A stretch of DNA of 64,000 bases from Escherichia coli (GCF_013122565.1 NZ_CP053258.1), one strand, 5' to 3'. Shown: positions 28,610 through 39,494, counted from the first letter of the stretch. The notes: generated by a model not told the origin, from the letters alone. Program-made: numbers and translations.

Positions 28610-30643
28610 TTATTTCACCTGATGACCCGGTTTAGCACCGGCATCCGGGCTTAGCAGGAAGATATCTTTCCCGCCAGGACCAGCAGCCATTACCATGCCT
28701 TCGGAGATACCAAAGCGCATTTTACGCGGCGCCAGGTTAGCCACCATAATGGTGTGACGACCAATCAGAGCCTGCGGATCCGGGTAAGCAGAACGAATGC
28801 CGGAGAAAACATTACGTTTTTCACCGCCGAGATCCAGTGTCAGTCGCAGCAGTTTGTCAGAACCTTCAACAAACTCTGCATTTTCAATCAGCGCCACGCG
28901 CAGGTCAACTTTAGCGAAGTCGTCAAAGGTGATGGTTTCCTGAATCGGATCGTCTGCCAGCGGGCCAGTAACTGGCGCGGCAGCTGCTTTCACTTCTTCT
29001 TTAGAGGCTTCCACCAGTGCTTCAACCTGCTTCATATCGATGCGGTTATACAGCGCCTTGAACGGATTCACTTTGTGGCCCAGCAGCGGTTGCTGGATAC
29101 CATCCCAGGTCAGTTCCGTATTGAGGAATGCTTCTGCACGCTCGGTCAGTTTCGGCAGTACCGGCTTCAGGTAAGTCATCAGCACGCGGAACAGGTTTAT
29201 GCCCATTGAGCAAATTGCCTGCAGGTCGGCATCGCGGCCTTCCTGTTTCGCCACAACCCACGGAGCCTGTTCATCGACATAGCGGTTAGCCAGATCAGCC
29301 AGCGCCATGATTTCGCGCACGGCTTTACCAAATTCGCGGCTTTCCCACGCTTCACCAATCACTTCAGCGGCATCAGTGAAGGTTTTGTACAACTGCGGGT
29401 CAGCCAGTTCGCTTGCCAGCACACCGTCAAAACGCTTGTTGATAAAGCCCGCATTACGAGAGGCCAGGTTAACCACTTTGTTAACGATATCGGCATTCAC
29501 GCGCTGAACGAAATCTTCCAGGTTGAGATCGATATCATCAATGCGCGAAGAGAGTTTCGCAGTGTAGTAGTAACGCAGGCTGTCAGCGTCAAAATGATTC
29601 AGCCAGGTGCTGGCTTTAATAAAGGTACCGCGAGACTTAGACATCTTCGCGCCGTTCACCGTCACATAGCCATGAACAAACAGGTTGGTCGGCTTGCGGA
29701 AGTTGCTGCCTTCCAGCATTGCTGGCCAGAACAGACTGTGGAAGTAAACAATATCTTTACCGATGAAGTGGTACAGCTCGGCGGTGGAGTCTTTCTTCCA
29801 GTATTCATCGAAGCTTACGCTGTCGCCGCGCTTGTCGCACAGATTCTTGAAAGAACCCATATAGCCAATCGGCGCATCTAGCCAGACGTAGAAATATTTA
29901 CCCGGCGCGTTCGGAATTTCAAAACCGAAGTACGGCGCGTCGCGGGAGATATCCCACTGTTGCAGGCCGGATTCAAACCACTCCTGCATTTTATTTGCCA
30001 CCTGCTCCTGCAACGCACCGCTGCGGGTCCATGCCTGCAACATTTCGCTGAAAGAGGGCAGATCAAAGAAGAAGTGTTCAGAATCACGCATTACCGGCGT
30101 AGCGCCAGAAACCACCGATTTCGGCTCGATCAATTCAGTCGGGCTGTAGGTCGCGCCGCAAACTTCGCAGTTATCGCCGTATTGATCCGGGGATTTACAT
30201 TTCGGGCAGGTGCCTTTCACAAAACGGTCCGGCAGGAACATGCCTTTTTCCGGATCGTACAGCTGAGAGATGGTGCGGTTTTTAATAAAACCGTTTTCTT
30301 TCAAGCGAGTATAGATAAGCTCAGACAACTGGCGGTTCTCTTCGCTGTGCGTCGAGTGATAGTTGTCATAGCTGATGTTAAAGCCTGCGAAATCAGTCTG
30401 ATGCTCCTGACTCATTTCGCCAATCATCTGCTCCGGGGTGATACCAAGCTGCTGAGCTTTCAGCATGATCGGTGTACCGTGGGCATCGTCGGCGCAGATG
30501 AAGTTGACCTCGTGGCCGCGCATTCGCTGGTAACGGACCCAGACATCAGCCTGGATGTGCTCCAGCATATGGCCGAGGTGGATTGAGCCGTTAGCGTACG
30601 GCAGTGCGCACGTCACCAGAATTTTCTTCGCGACTTGAGTCAT
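28610..30643 (-). CDS. metG: Methionyl-tRNA synthetase (677 aa)
   Basis: N-terminus [25 protein letters not shown] (HIGH motif), KMSKS present; ORF trimmed by 3 codons. Confidence 0.95.
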   Translation of the reverse strand: MTQVAKKILVTCALPYANGSIHLGHMLEHIQADVWVRYQRMRGHEVNFICADDAHGTPIMLKAQQLGITPEQMIGEMSQEHQTDFAGFNISYDNYHSTHSEENRQLSELIYTRLKENGFIKNRTISQLYDPEKGMFLPDRFVKGTCPKCKSPDQYGDNCEVCGATYSPTELIEPKSVVSGATPVMRDSEHFFFDLPSFSEMLQAWTRSGALQEQVANKMQEWFESGLQQWDISRDAPYFGFEIPNAPGKYFYVWLDAPIGYMGSFKNLCDKRGDSVSFDEYWKKDSTAELYHFIGKDIVYFHSLFWPAMLEGSNFRKPTNLFVHGYVTVNGAKMSKSRGTFIKASTWLNHFDADSLRYYYTAKLSSRIDDIDLNLEDFVQRVNADIVNKVVNLASRNAGFINKRFDGVLASELADPQLYKTFTDAAEVIGEAWESREFGKAVREIMALADLANRYVDEQAPWVVAKQEGRDADLQAICSMGINLFRVLMTYLKPVLPKLTERAEAFLNTELTWDGIQQPLLGHKVNPFKALYNRIDMKQVEALVEASKEEVKAAAAPVTGPLADDPIQETITFDDFAKVDLRVALIENAEFVEGSDKLLRLTLDLGGEKRNVFSGIRSAYPDPQALIGRHTIMVANLAPRKMRFGISEGMVMAAGPGGKDIFLLSPDAGAKPGHQVK

Positions 30644-30774
30644 AGTAGGCATTACTTCTTAATAGTGAAAAGGGGTTAGATAGTACCAAATGGGAAAATG
30701 TTAAGTAAGTACTTCTCTATATTCTTCAGGTAAACTATCAGCTGATGGTTTATCTATACAAAAAAGGAGTCGGG

Positions 30775-31884
30775 ATGAACGAACAATCCCAGGCCAAATC
30801 ACCAGAAGCCTTGCGCGCAATGGTCGCCGGGACACTGGCCAATTTTCAGCACCCAACCCTGAAGCATAACCTCACCACGCTGAAAGCGTTGCACCATGTC
30901 GCCTGGATGGACGACACGTTGCATGTGGAACTGGTTATGCCATTCGTCTGGCATAGCGCGTTTGAAGAGTTAAAAGAGCAATGTAGCGCCGAACTGCTGC
31001 GTATCACCGGGGCGAAAGCTATCGACTGGAAACTGTCGCACAATATCGCCACCTTAAAACGCGTGAAGAATCAGCCGGGTATTAATGGCGTGAAGAACAT
31101 CATTGCGGTCAGTTCCGGTAAAGGCGGCGTGGGTAAATCCTCCACGGCGGTAAACCTGGCGCTGGCACTGGCGGCGGAAGGGGCGAAAGTCGGCATTCTG
31201 GACGCCGATATCTACGGCCCATCAATTCCCACCATGCTGGGCGCAGAAAATCAGCGTCCAACTTCGCCGGACGGTACCCATATGGCACCGATTATGTCTC
31301 ATGGCCTGGCAACCAATTCAATTGGTTATCTGGTTACTGACGACAATGCGATGGTGTGGCGTGGACCGATGGCGAGCAAGGCGTTAATGCAGATGTTGCA
31401 GGAAACCTTGTGGCCGGATCTCGACTATCTGGTGCTTGATATGCCGCCAGGCACCGGTGACATTCAGCTGACGCTGGCGCAGAACATTCCGGTGACTGGT
31501 GCGGTAGTGGTCACCACCCCGCAGGACATCGCGCTGATCGATGCGAAAAAAGGCATTGTGATGTTCGAGAAAGTCGAAGTTCCGGTGCTCGGTATTGTCG
31601 AGAACATGAGTGTGCATATTTGCAGTAACTGTGGTCACCATGAACCGATTTTCGGTACCGGTGGTGCAGAGAAACTGGCTGAAAAATACCATACACAGCT
31701 GCTGGGGCAGATGCCGTTACACATCTCCTTACGTGAGGATCTCGATAAAGGCACGCCAACGGTTATCAGCCGTCCGGAGAGCGAATTTACCGCTATCTAC
31801 CGCCAGCTGGCTGACCGCGTTGCAGCTCAGCTCTACTGGCAGGGTGAAGTCATTCCAGGCGAGATTTCCTTCCGCGCGGTCTAA
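30775..31884 (+). CDS. mrp: Fe-S cluster carrier ATPase Mrp/ApbC (369 aa)
   Basis: P-loop GKGGVGKS, CxxC motif; AAGGAG SD before ATG at 30775; divergent from metG as in K-12. Confidence 0.9.
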   Translation: MNEQSQAKSPEALRAMVAGTLANFQHPTLKHNLTTLKALHHVAWMDDTLHVELVMPFVWHSAFEELKEQCSAELLRITGAKAIDWKLSHNIATLKRVKNQPGINGVKNIIAVSSGKGGVGKSSTAVNLALALAAEGAKVGILDADIYGPSIPTMLGAENQRPTSPDGTHMAPIMSHGLATNSIGYLVTDDNAMVWRGPMASKALMQMLQETLWPDLDYLVLDMPPGTGDIQLTLAQNIPVTGAVVVTTPQDIALIDAKKGIVMFEKVEVPVLGIVENMSVHICSNCGHHEPIFGTGGAEKLAEKYHTQLLGQMPLHISLREDLDKGTPTVISRPESEFTAIYRQLADRVAAQLYWQGEVIPGEISFRAV

Positions 31885-31912
31885 CGCCTATTAACCATTC
31901 TGGTTATTCTTC

Positions 31913-31956
31913 ATACACCGCAGAGATGTTACATTGATGCGGTGTATTTGTTTTTG
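31913..31956 (+). terminator. Probable mrp terminator
   Basis: tacaccgc...gcggtgta stem followed by tttgtttttg. Confidence 0.4.
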
Positions 31957-32146
31957 CCGCATTAATGAACACTTATTTAATACTGCGAATATTCTGCGGA
32001 CCTTCGTCCGAAACTCTACAAAGTCGATTGATCATACAGGCAATGCGTCATTATCATCCTTCGTGGCTGTGTAGTGGATGTACAGCTATAGTTTGTTATG
32101 CACTCATTCTATCCAGGCATAACCTTTACTACAGGGATAACGTTCA

Positions 32147-32428
32147 ATGAATAAGTATTGGCTGTCAGGAATTATTTTTCTTGCCTATGGATTGGCTTCT
32201 CCCGCATTCTCTTCAGAGACTGCCACATTAGCGATTAATGGCAGGATCAGTCCCCCAACATGCAGTATGGCTATGGTTAATGGTCAACCTCAACAGCATT
32301 GTGGTCAGTTAACGTATAATGTTGACACCCGTCATCTGTTTTCTTCGCCCGTCAAAGGTGTAACGACAGAAGTGGTTGTTGCAGGTAGCGATAGCAAACG
32401 TCGAATCGTGTTAAATCGCTACGATTAA
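32147..32428 (+). CDS. yehE: Small secreted protein YehE (93 aa)
   Basis: Signal-peptide-like N-terminus; position upstream of yehD as in K-12. Confidence 0.7.
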   Translation: MNKYWLSGIIFLAYGLASPAFSSETATLAINGRISPPTCSMAMVNGQPQQHCGQLTYNVDTRHLFSSPVKGVTTEVVVAGSDSKRRIVLNRYD

Positions 32429-32460
32429 TTTGGCAACCTGATTTTAATTGCATTTAGAAA

Positions 32461-32496
32461 GCCGAAATCATTTATATAAATGATCTCGGCTTTTTT
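32461..32496 (+). terminator. Intrinsic terminator after yehE
   Basis: gccgaaatcattta/taaatgatctcggc hairpin followed by TTTTTT. Confidence 0.45.
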
Positions 32497-32720
32497 ATTG
32501 ATATCAACAATACCATTTACATAAATCTACATTAATTGATAGATGCGATAAATAGTTAATACTCTTAAATATTTGTTGTATTTATATTGCAATGGTTAAT
32601 TTGTTTTAAATCAATAAAACAATATGTTTACATTGCGGCAACTTTTTTGATGTGAGAAATTTGTTTCCAAGAGATACAGACTATTAACAACCAAAAATAA
32701 ATTTTATTAAGGAACATATT

Positions 32721-33263
32721 ATGAAACGTTCAATTATTGCTGCCGCTGTCTTTTCTTCTTTTTTTATGAGCGCTGGAGTATTTGCTGCAGACGTTGATAC
32801 CGGAACATTAACTATTAAGGGGAATATTGCAGAATCTCCGTGTAAATTCGAAGCGGGTGGTGATTCAGTAAGTATTAATATGCCAACTGTACCAACCACT
32901 GTCTTTGAAGGTAAAGCTAAATATTCTACCTATGATGATGCAGTCGGTGTAACCAGTAGCATGTTAAAAATTAGCTGCCCGAAAGAAGTTGCTGGTGTAA
33001 AACTCTCGTTGATTACCAACGATAAAATAACTGGTAACGATAAGGCGATAGCCAGTAGCAACGATACTGTGGGTTACTATCTCTATTTAGGTGATAACAG
33101 CGAAGTCCTGGATGTTTCTGCACCTTTTAACATTGAGAGTTATAAAACAGCGGAAGGTCAATATGCTATTCCGTTTAAAGCAAAATACCTGAAACTGACA
33201 GATAGCTCAGTGAATTCAGGTGATGTGTTATCTTCTCTGGTTATGCGTGTGGCGCAGGATTAA
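32721..33263 (+). CDS. yehD: Fimbrial major subunit YehD
   Basis: Signal peptide, fimbrial-subunit-like sequence; AAGGAA SD; AT-rich upstream region. Confidence 0.85.
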   Translation: MKRSIIAAAVFSSFFMSAGVFAADVDTGTLTIKGNIAESPCKFEAGGDSVSINMPTVPTTVFEGKAKYSTYDDAVGVTSSMLKISCPKEVAGVKLSLITNDKITGNDKAIASSNDTVGYYLYLGDNSEVLDVSAPFNIESYKTAEGQYAIPFKAKYLKLTDSSVNSGDVLSSLVMRVAQD

Positions 33264-33342
33264 TAAATAAAATTGTAAGTTTCTCCAGGTAATAAACATG
33301 GCCGCTATCCCATGGCGGCCTTTTAATTTAAGAGGCATTAAA

Positions 33343-34017
33343 ATGAAAGGATTATTATCTTTACTCATTTTTTCTATGGTCCTTCCTGCACATGCCGGAA
33401 TTGTTATCTACGGGACGCGCATTATTTACCCGGCAGAAAATAAAGAAGTGATGGTGCAGTTGATGAACCAGGGAAACCGTTCTTCGCTGCTGCAGGCGTG
33501 GATTGATGATGGCGATACGTCATTACCACCAGAAAAAATTCAGGTTCCTTTCATGTTAACGCCACCAGTGGCAAAAATAGGGGCAAATTCCGGGCAGCAA
33601 GTAAAAATCAAAATTATGCCGAATAAACTGCCCACTAATAAAGAAAGCATTTTTTATCTGAATGTTCTGGATATTCCACCAAATAGTCCAGAGCAAGAAG
33701 GTAAGAATGCACTGAAGTTTGCGATGCAAAACAGAATTAAGTTGTTTTACCGGCCAGCGGGTATTGCTCCGGTAAATAAAGCGACATTTAAAAAATTGCT
33801 GGTAAATCGCAGTGGCAATGGTTTGGTGATAAAAAATGACTCAGCTAATTGGGTGACGATTTCGGATGTCAAAGCTAATAATGTCAAAGTCAATTATGAA
33901 ACTATTATGATTGCCCCCTTAGAAAGTCAGAGTGTTAATGTCAAAAGTAATAATGCAAATAACTGGTATCTGACCATTATCGATGACCACGGCAACTATA
34001 TTAGTGACAAAATTTAA
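33343..34017 (+). CDS. yehC: Periplasmic fimbrial chaperone YehC
   Basis: Start chosen at MKGLLSLLIFSMVLPAHA with AGAGG SD; the ORF extends to an upstream ATG at 33298, which may be the annotated start. Confidence 0.75.
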   Translation: MKGLLSLLIFSMVLPAHAGIVIYGTRIIYPAENKEVMVQLMNQGNRSSLLQAWIDDGDTSLPPEKIQVPFMLTPPVAKIGANSGQQVKIKIMPNKLPTNKESIFYLNVLDIPPNSPEQEGKNALKFAMQNRIKLFYRPAGIAPVNKATFKKLLVNRSGNGLVIKNDSANWVTISDVKANNVKVNYETIMIAPLESQSVNVKSNNANNWYLTIIDDHGNYISDKI

Positions 34018-34032
34018 TTGCAGGAGCTGCCT

Positions 34033-36513
34033 ATGTTGAGAATGACCCCACTTGCATCAGCAATCGTAGCGTTATTGCTCGGCATTGAAGCTTATGCAGC
34101 TGAAGAAACCTTTGATACCCATTTTATGATAGGTGGAATGAAAGACCAGCAGGTTGCAAATATTCGTCTTGATGATAATCAACCCTTGCCGGGGCAGTAT
34201 GACATCGATATTTATGTCAATAAACAATGGCGCGGGAAATATGAGATCATTGTTAAAGACAACCCGCAAGAAACATGTTTATCAAGGGAAATTATCAAGC
34301 GGTTAGGCATTAACACCGATAACTTCGCCAGTGGAAAGCAATGTTTAACATTTGAGCAACTTGTTCAGGGCGGGAGTTATACCTGGGATATCGGAGTTTT
34401 TCGTCTCGATTTCAGTGTCCCGCAGGCCTGGGTGGAAGAACTGGAAAGTGGCTATGTTCCACCGGAAAACTGGGAGCGGGGTATTAATGCGTTTTATACC
34501 TCTTATTATGTGAGTCAGTATTACAGTGACTATAAAGCGTCGGGTAATAGTAAGAGTACATATGTACGTTTTAACAGCGGGTTAAATTTACTGGGGTGGC
34601 AACTGCATTCTGATGCCAGTTTCAGTAAAACAAATAACAATCCAGGGGTGTGGAAAAGCAATACCCTGTATCTGGAACGTGGATTTGCCCAACTTCTCGG
34701 CACGCTTCGCGTGGGTGATATGTACACATCAAGCGATATTTTTGATTCTGTTCGCTTCAGCGGTGTGCGGTTGTTTCGTGATATGCAGATGTTGCCTAAC
34801 TCGAAACAAAATTTTACGCCACGGGTGCAGGGGATTGCTCAGAGTAACGCGCTGGTAACTATTGAACAGAATGGTTTTGTGGTTTATCAGAAAGAGGTTC
34901 CTCCTGGCCCGTTTGCGATTACAGATTTGCAGTTGGCCGGTGGTGGAGCAGATCTTGATGTCAGCGTGAAAGAGGCGGACGGCTCGGTTACCACCTATCT
35001 GGTGCCTTATGCAGCGGTGCCAAATATGCTGCAACCTGGCGTATCGAAATATGATTTTGCGGCGGGTCGTAGCCATATTGAAGGGGCAAGCAAACAAAGT
35101 GATTTTATCCAGGTGGGTTATCAGTATGGTTTTAATAATTTATTGACGCTGTATGGTGGCTCGATGGTCGCGAATAATTACTACGCGTTCACTTTGGGGA
35201 CTGGCTGGAATACACGCATTGGTGCCATTTCCGTCGATGCCACGAAGTCGCATAGTAAACAAGACAACGGCGATGTGTTTGACGGGCAAAGTTATCAAAT
35301 TGCTTACAACAAATTTGTGAGCCAAACGTCGACACGTTTTGGTCTGGCGGCCTGGCGTTATTCGTCGCGTGATTACCGGACATTTAATGATCACGTTTGG
35401 GCAAACAATAAAGATAATTATCGCCGTGATGAAAACGATATCTATGACATTGCCGATTATTACCAGAACGATTTTGGCCGTAAAAATAGCTTTTCTGCCA
35501 ATATGAGCCAGTCATTGCCAGAAGGCTGGGGTTCTGTGTCGTTAAGTACGTTATGGCGAGATTACTGGGGACGTAGCGGCAGCAGTAAGGATTATCAGTT
35601 GAGTTATTCCAACAACCTGCGACGGATAAGCTATACCCTCTCGGCAAGCCAGGCTTATGACGAGAATCATCATGAAGAGAAACGATTTAATATTTTTATA
35701 TCGATTCCCTTTGATTGGGGTGATGACGTTACGACGCCTCGTCGGCAAATATATATGTCTAACTCAACGACGTTTGATGATCAAGGTTTTGCCTCAAATA
35801 ATACGGGATTATCAGGAACCGTTGGAAGCCGGGATCAGTTTAACTATGGGGTCAACCTGAGTTATCAGCATCAGGGAAATGAAACGACAGCTGGAGCTAA
35901 TTTGACCTGGAATGCGCCGGTTGCGACAGTGAATGGCAGTTATAGTCAGTCGAGTACTTATCGACAGGCTGGAGCCAGGGTTTCAGGGGGCATTGTCGCC
36001 TGGTCGGGTGGCGTTAATCTGGCGAACCGTCTTTCCGAAACGTTTGCTGTGATGAATGCACCTGGCATTAAAGATGCTTATGTCAATGGGCAAAAATATC
36101 GCACAACAAACCGTAATGGAGTGGTGGTATACGACGGAATGACACCTTATCGGGAAAATCACCTGATGCTGGATGTGTCGCAAAGCGATAGCGAAGCAGA
36201 ATTACGTGGCAACCGGAAAATTGCCGCCCCTTATCGCGGCGCGGTTGTACTGGTTAATTTTGATACCGATCAGCGCAAGCCATGGTTTATAAAAGCGTTA
36301 AGAGCAGATGGGCAACCATTAACGTTTGGTTATGAAGTCAATGATATCCATGGTCATAATATTGGCGTTGTCGGCCAGGGAAGTCAGTTATTTATTCGCA
36401 CCAATGAAGTACCGCCATCGGTTAATGTGGCAATTGATAAGCAACAAGGACTTTCATGCACAATCACCTTCGGTAAAGAGATTGATGAAAGTAGAAATTA
36501 TATCTGTCGGTGA
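34033..36513 (+). CDS. yehB: Outer-membrane fimbrial usher YehB (826 aa)
   Basis: CAGGAG SD; large beta-barrel usher-like protein; follows chaperone gene. Confidence 0.9.
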   Translation: MLRMTPLASAIVALLLGIEAYAAEETFDTHFMIGGMKDQQVANIRLDDNQPLPGQYDIDIYVNKQWRGKYEIIVKDNPQETCLSREIIKRLGINTDNFASGKQCLTFEQLVQGGSYTWDIGVFRLDFSVPQAWVEELESGYVPPENWERGINAFYTSYYVSQYYSDYKASGNSKSTYVRFNSGLNLLGWQLHSDASFSKTNNNPGVWKSNTLYLERGFAQLLGTLRVGDMYTSSDIFDSVRFSGVRLFRDMQMLPNSKQNFTPRVQGIAQSNALVTIEQNGFVVYQKEVPPGPFAITDLQLAGGGADLDVSVKEADGSVTTYLVPYAAVPNMLQPGVSKYDFAAGRSHIEGASKQSDFIQVGYQYGFNNLLTLYGGSMVANNYYAFTLGTGWNTRIGAISVDATKSHSKQDNGDVFDGQSYQIAYNKFVSQTSTRFGLAAWRYSSRDYRTFNDHVWANNKDNYRRDENDIYDIADYYQNDFGRKNSFSANMSQSLPEGWGSVSLSTLWRDYWGRSGSSKDYQLSYSNNLRRISYTLSASQAYDENHHEEKRFNIFISIPFDWGDDVTTPRRQIYMSNSTTFDDQGFASNNTGLSGTVGSRDQFNYGVNLSYQHQGNETTAGANLTWNAPVATVNGSYSQSSTYRQAGARVSGGIVAWSGGVNLANRLSETFAVMNAPGIKDAYVNGQKYRTTNRNGVVVYDGMTPYRENHLMLDVSQSDSEAELRGNRKIAAPYRGAVVLVNFDTDQRKPWFIKALRADGQPLTFGYEVNDIHGHNIGVVGQGSQLFIRTNEVPPSVNVAIDKQQGLSCTITFGKEIDESRNYICR

Positions 36514-36523
36514 GAGGTGGAAT

Positions 36524-37558
36524 ATGATGTTCAGAAATGGAATGTTACTAATATTTATTTTATGGGCTAATTTTACCTGGGCTGGATGTCGTACCACTGC
36601 ATCATTAAATATTACTGATAGTATTAATGTGGGGGAGATTTTAGCGAATGAGGTTTCCTTTAGTAAAAATGTCGTGTTTACTGGGATATCTTGTGATACG
36701 AGCACGGATAAAATAGTTTATAAAAATATCCAAAGTGATTGGGTTGAAGTTGGGCCTTTTGGTAATGGCGAAAAATTAAAGGTTAAAATAGATTCTTTAG
36801 GTAAAAACAGTGAGACGATTGGGAAATCCAGCAATGCGCAGGCAGAATTACCCTATGTGGTTAAAATTGCCAGAGGTACACTTGATTTTACTGGAGAAAG
36901 AAAACCAACCTGGTTTCTTTCAGATACTGTGATTGCAAATATTGGCGGTGAGTCATCTACATCTATCGACTTTTGGTTGGGAATTTGTAAGACATTGAAG
37001 ATTAACTGGTGTGTAAGTTATCTCACCAGTAAACTGGCGGGGGATACATTTACGCTTGGGTTAAGTATTTCCTATTATCCTAAAAATACGACCTGTAAGC
37101 CTGAAAACACAATAATAAAAGTAGATGATATTGCCTTGTCCCAGCTCAGAAGTCAGGGAAAGATTACGGCGAACAGTAAGGAAGGAATAATTTCGTTGAA
37201 ATGTGATAATCTTTTCGGCGACAAAAACCAAGCATCGAGGAATATGGTCGTATATCTTTCCAGCAGTGACTTAGTTACAGGAAGCAATACAATTTTGCGT
37301 GGCAACATAGATAATGGTGTAGGATTTGTGTTGGATCTAAAAGAACCACCAAAAGGAACTGAAGCTGCCATCAAAATTTCTGCTAGCGGCAATCAGGGCG
37401 CGGCGACATCATTATGGAAAACAGATAAACCAGGGGCTTCTTTAAATAGCAATATTATTAATATACCAGTTATGGCCAGTTACTACGTCTACGATACAAA
37501 CAAAGTTAAATCTGGCGCACTGGAGGCAACCGCATTAATCAACGTGAAATACGACTAA
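36524..37558 (+). CDS. yehA: Fimbrial adhesin-like protein YehA (344 aa)
   Basis: ORF 36326..37558 trimmed to MMFRNGMLLIFILWANFTWA start with GAGGTGG SD right after the yehB stop. Confidence 0.8.
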   Translation: MMFRNGMLLIFILWANFTWAGCRTTASLNITDSINVGEILANEVSFSKNVVFTGISCDTSTDKIVYKNIQSDWVEVGPFGNGEKLKVKIDSLGKNSETIGKSSNAQAELPYVVKIARGTLDFTGERKPTWFLSDTVIANIGGESSTSIDFWLGICKTLKINWCVSYLTSKLAGDTFTLGLSISYYPKNTTCKPENTIIKVDDIALSQLRSQGKITANSKEGIISLKCDNLFGDKNQASRNMVVYLSSSDLVTGSNTILRGNIDNGVGFVLDLKEPPKGTEAAIKISASGNQGAATSLWKTDKPGASLNSNIINIPVMASYYVYDTNKVKSGALEATALINVKYD

Positions 37559-37614
37559 TAACAAGCAAGACGAGCAAGTGGCTAATAATAAAAAATAACA
37601 AGGTGTCTGCATTT

Positions 37615-37641
37615 CCCCCTCATGATGAGGGGGCTTTTTTT
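37615..37641 (+). terminator. Intrinsic terminator after yehA
   Basis: ccccctcatgatgaggggg hairpin followed by cttttttt. Confidence 0.55.
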
Positions 37642-37978
37642 AGCGATGATAAAAAATCTCACCGTCGTAGGCTTTAATGATTTTACCGTCGGTGTCGCTG
37701 ATCAACACGTACGCGCCACCCATATAGGTCCAGTGCGTCCCGGCATCAGGCGCGGGCAGGTTACGTAACTGCCACTGCTTAATGTTGTACTCATCGGTGC
37801 GGTACATCTCTGGGACGGTATCGCCTGGTTTGAAATGCTTAAAGTCAGCAATGAAACTGCTTAACTCATACTTGGAAATTCCCGAGGTATTGGTCGAACC
37901 CGCGGTGGCTGGTGCGGCCCAGGCGGCACTGGTAACCAGCAAAAGCGCACCCAGCAACATCTTATTTTTAATGGTCAT
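37640..37978 (-). CDS. rcnB: Periplasmic Ni/Co homeostasis protein RcnB/YohN (112 aa)
   Basis: ORF 37640..38158 trimmed to MTIKNKMLLGALLLVTSAAWA signal peptide with GGAGAG SD. Confidence 0.8.
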   Translation of the reverse strand: MTIKNKMLLGALLLVTSAAWAAPATAGSTNTSGISKYELSSFIADFKHFKPGDTVPEMYRTDEYNIKQWQLRNLPAPDAGTHWTYMGGAYVLISDTDGKIIKAYDGEIFYHR

Positions 37979-38196
37979 AAACTCTCCACTTTGGGGATCT
38001 GTAATATCAGTCGCATATCTTTCCTGCCATACAATATAACTGACAAGCGATATTTTGTTAGTGATCCCATGATTTCGTAAAAAGTGTAAATGAAAGGATG
38101 CCCTAAAAGCATCCTTAGCGAGCAGAGAGTCAGCGGAAATAGCTGATTTAAGAATCATCCTGGGCTGAAGATAACATGCAAGCCTAAAGGATTGAG

Positions 38197-39021
38197 TTAT
38201 CGCATTATGCCCATGAAGCCATGTACGCCCATATACACACCAACTAAGCCAATCAACAGACTGGAAAAATAGGGGGCGCGTTTAGCGAGAGTGTTAAATC
38301 CGCTCCAGCGTTTTGCGACCTGCTGAACGCTGATTGCTGCGCCAACGCCTACGGTGACAAGCGTTAACGCCAGGCCAATGCTAAAACTTACGACCAGTGT
38401 TGCGCCCAGTGTCAGGGCTTTCAACTGAATGCAAATCAACAGCACGGTAATTGCTGCCGGGCAGGGGATAAGGCCACCGGTTAAGCCAAATAACAAAATT
38501 TGCCAGTTGGTGACCTCTCTACCATCAAAGCGTCGTTTAATGTCATTAGCATGGGCTCGTGCATGAGCATCCTGATACTCGCCATGTTCGTGATGGTGAT
38601 GATGCCCATGGTCGTGGTGATCTTCGTGATCGTGGTGATGATGTTCATGATCATGCTCGTGCATATTCTCCAGCCAGTTGCGTTCGCCGCGCCAGGTACG
38701 CCAGAACATCCAGAACGCGGTGCCAATAATGATCACTGCAGAAATCAACTGGAGCCACGGTTCTGCAGATTGAGCAGTAAAGCGTTTGCTGATCACCATC
38801 CCGCCAAAGGCAATCAACCAGACCACCGCGGTATGCGAAATGGTTGCTGCCAGTCCGAGCATCACCGCCTGTTTAATGGTGCCTTTGATGGCGATGATAA
38901 ACGCCGCCATCATCGTTTTTGAGTGCCCTGGTTCCAGGCCATGAAGCGCACCAAGTAAGATGGCGCTGGGGATGAAGAACCAGGCGTTTCCTTGCTGAAG
39001 AAGAGTTGTAAATTCGGTCAT
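38197..39021 (-). CDS. rcnA: Nickel/cobalt efflux protein RcnA
   Basis: Membrane protein with very His-rich loop (HEHDHEHHHHDHEDHHDHGHHHHHEH). Confidence 0.9.
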   Translation of the reverse strand: MTEFTTLLQQGNAWFFIPSAILLGALHGLEPGHSKTMMAAFIIAIKGTIKQAVMLGLAATISHTAVVWLIAFGGMVISKRFTAQSAEPWLQLISAVIIIGTAFWMFWRTWRGERNWLENMHEHDHEHHHHDHEDHHDHGHHHHHEHGEYQDAHARAHANDIKRRFDGREVTNWQILLFGLTGGLIPCPAAITVLLICIQLKALTLGATLVVSFSIGLALTLVTVGVGAAISVQQVAKRWSGFNTLAKRAPYFSSLLIGLVGVYMGVHGFMGIMR

Positions 39022-39058
39022 GATAATAATTCTTAGTATTAATTCGGCAATCTGATTC

Positions 39059-39093
39059 TACTCCCCCCCAGTACCTGATACTACCCCCCAGTA
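39059..39093. promoter_or_regulatory. Two RcnR operator sites in rcnA-rcnR divergent intergenic region
   Basis: TACT-C7-AGTA at 39059-39073 and TACT-A-C6-AGTA at 39079-39093, i.e. the TACT-G6-N-AGTA motif on the opposite strand. Confidence 0.7.
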
Positions 39094-39141
39094 GATTAAT
39101 AGTGCTATGATTTTTCATGTTCTTGTTAACCAGGTGTTGCC

Positions 39142-39414
39142 ATGTCTCATACAATCCGTGATAAACAGAAACTGAAAGCGCGTGCCAGTAAGATTCAGGG
39201 CCAGGTCGTGGCGCTCAAGAAAATGCTCGACGAACCGCATGAATGCGCTGCAGTTTTACAACAGATTGCTGCTATCCGTGGCGCGGTAAACGGTCTGATG
39301 CGGGAAGTGATTAAAGGTCATCTGACGGAACACATCGTTCACCAGGGGGATGAGCTAAAACGTGAAGAAGATCTGGATGTCGTTCTGAAGGTGCTGGATT
39401 CTTATATCAAATAA
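39142..39414 (+). CDS. rcnR: Ni/Co-responsive repressor RcnR (90 aa)
   Basis: CsoR/RcnR-family small helical protein, divergent from rcnA. Confidence 0.9.
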
Positions 39415-39494
39415 TTTATTAACGCGATTGTAAAACTGCCGTTTTTCCTCGTTTACAACGCGTGCGCTGGACATTACCATCCTCCTCTGCGATT

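Noticed and set aside
29960-30586. 208-aa ORF antisense to metG
   Set aside because: It is fully embedded opposite an essential, highly conserved gene; long antisense ORFs are common by chance in such sequence.
31965-32150. 61-aa ORF between mrp and yehE
   Set aside because: It overlaps the mrp terminator and yehE start region, has no SD and no recognisable features.
37640-38158. Extended 172-aa version of rcnB and extended versions of yehP, yehM, yehL, yehA and fbaB ORFs
   Set aside because: In each case an internal ATG with a good SD, a signal peptide or tight coupling to the upstream stop gives the expected protein length; the upstream extensions lack ribosome-binding sites.
38500-38922. 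140-aa plus-strand ORF and repetitive cat/gtg-rich DNA inside rcnA
   Set aside because: The low-complexity DNA encodes the His-rich loop of RcnA on the minus strand; the antisense ORF is an artefact of the codon repetition, not a separate gene or repeat element.
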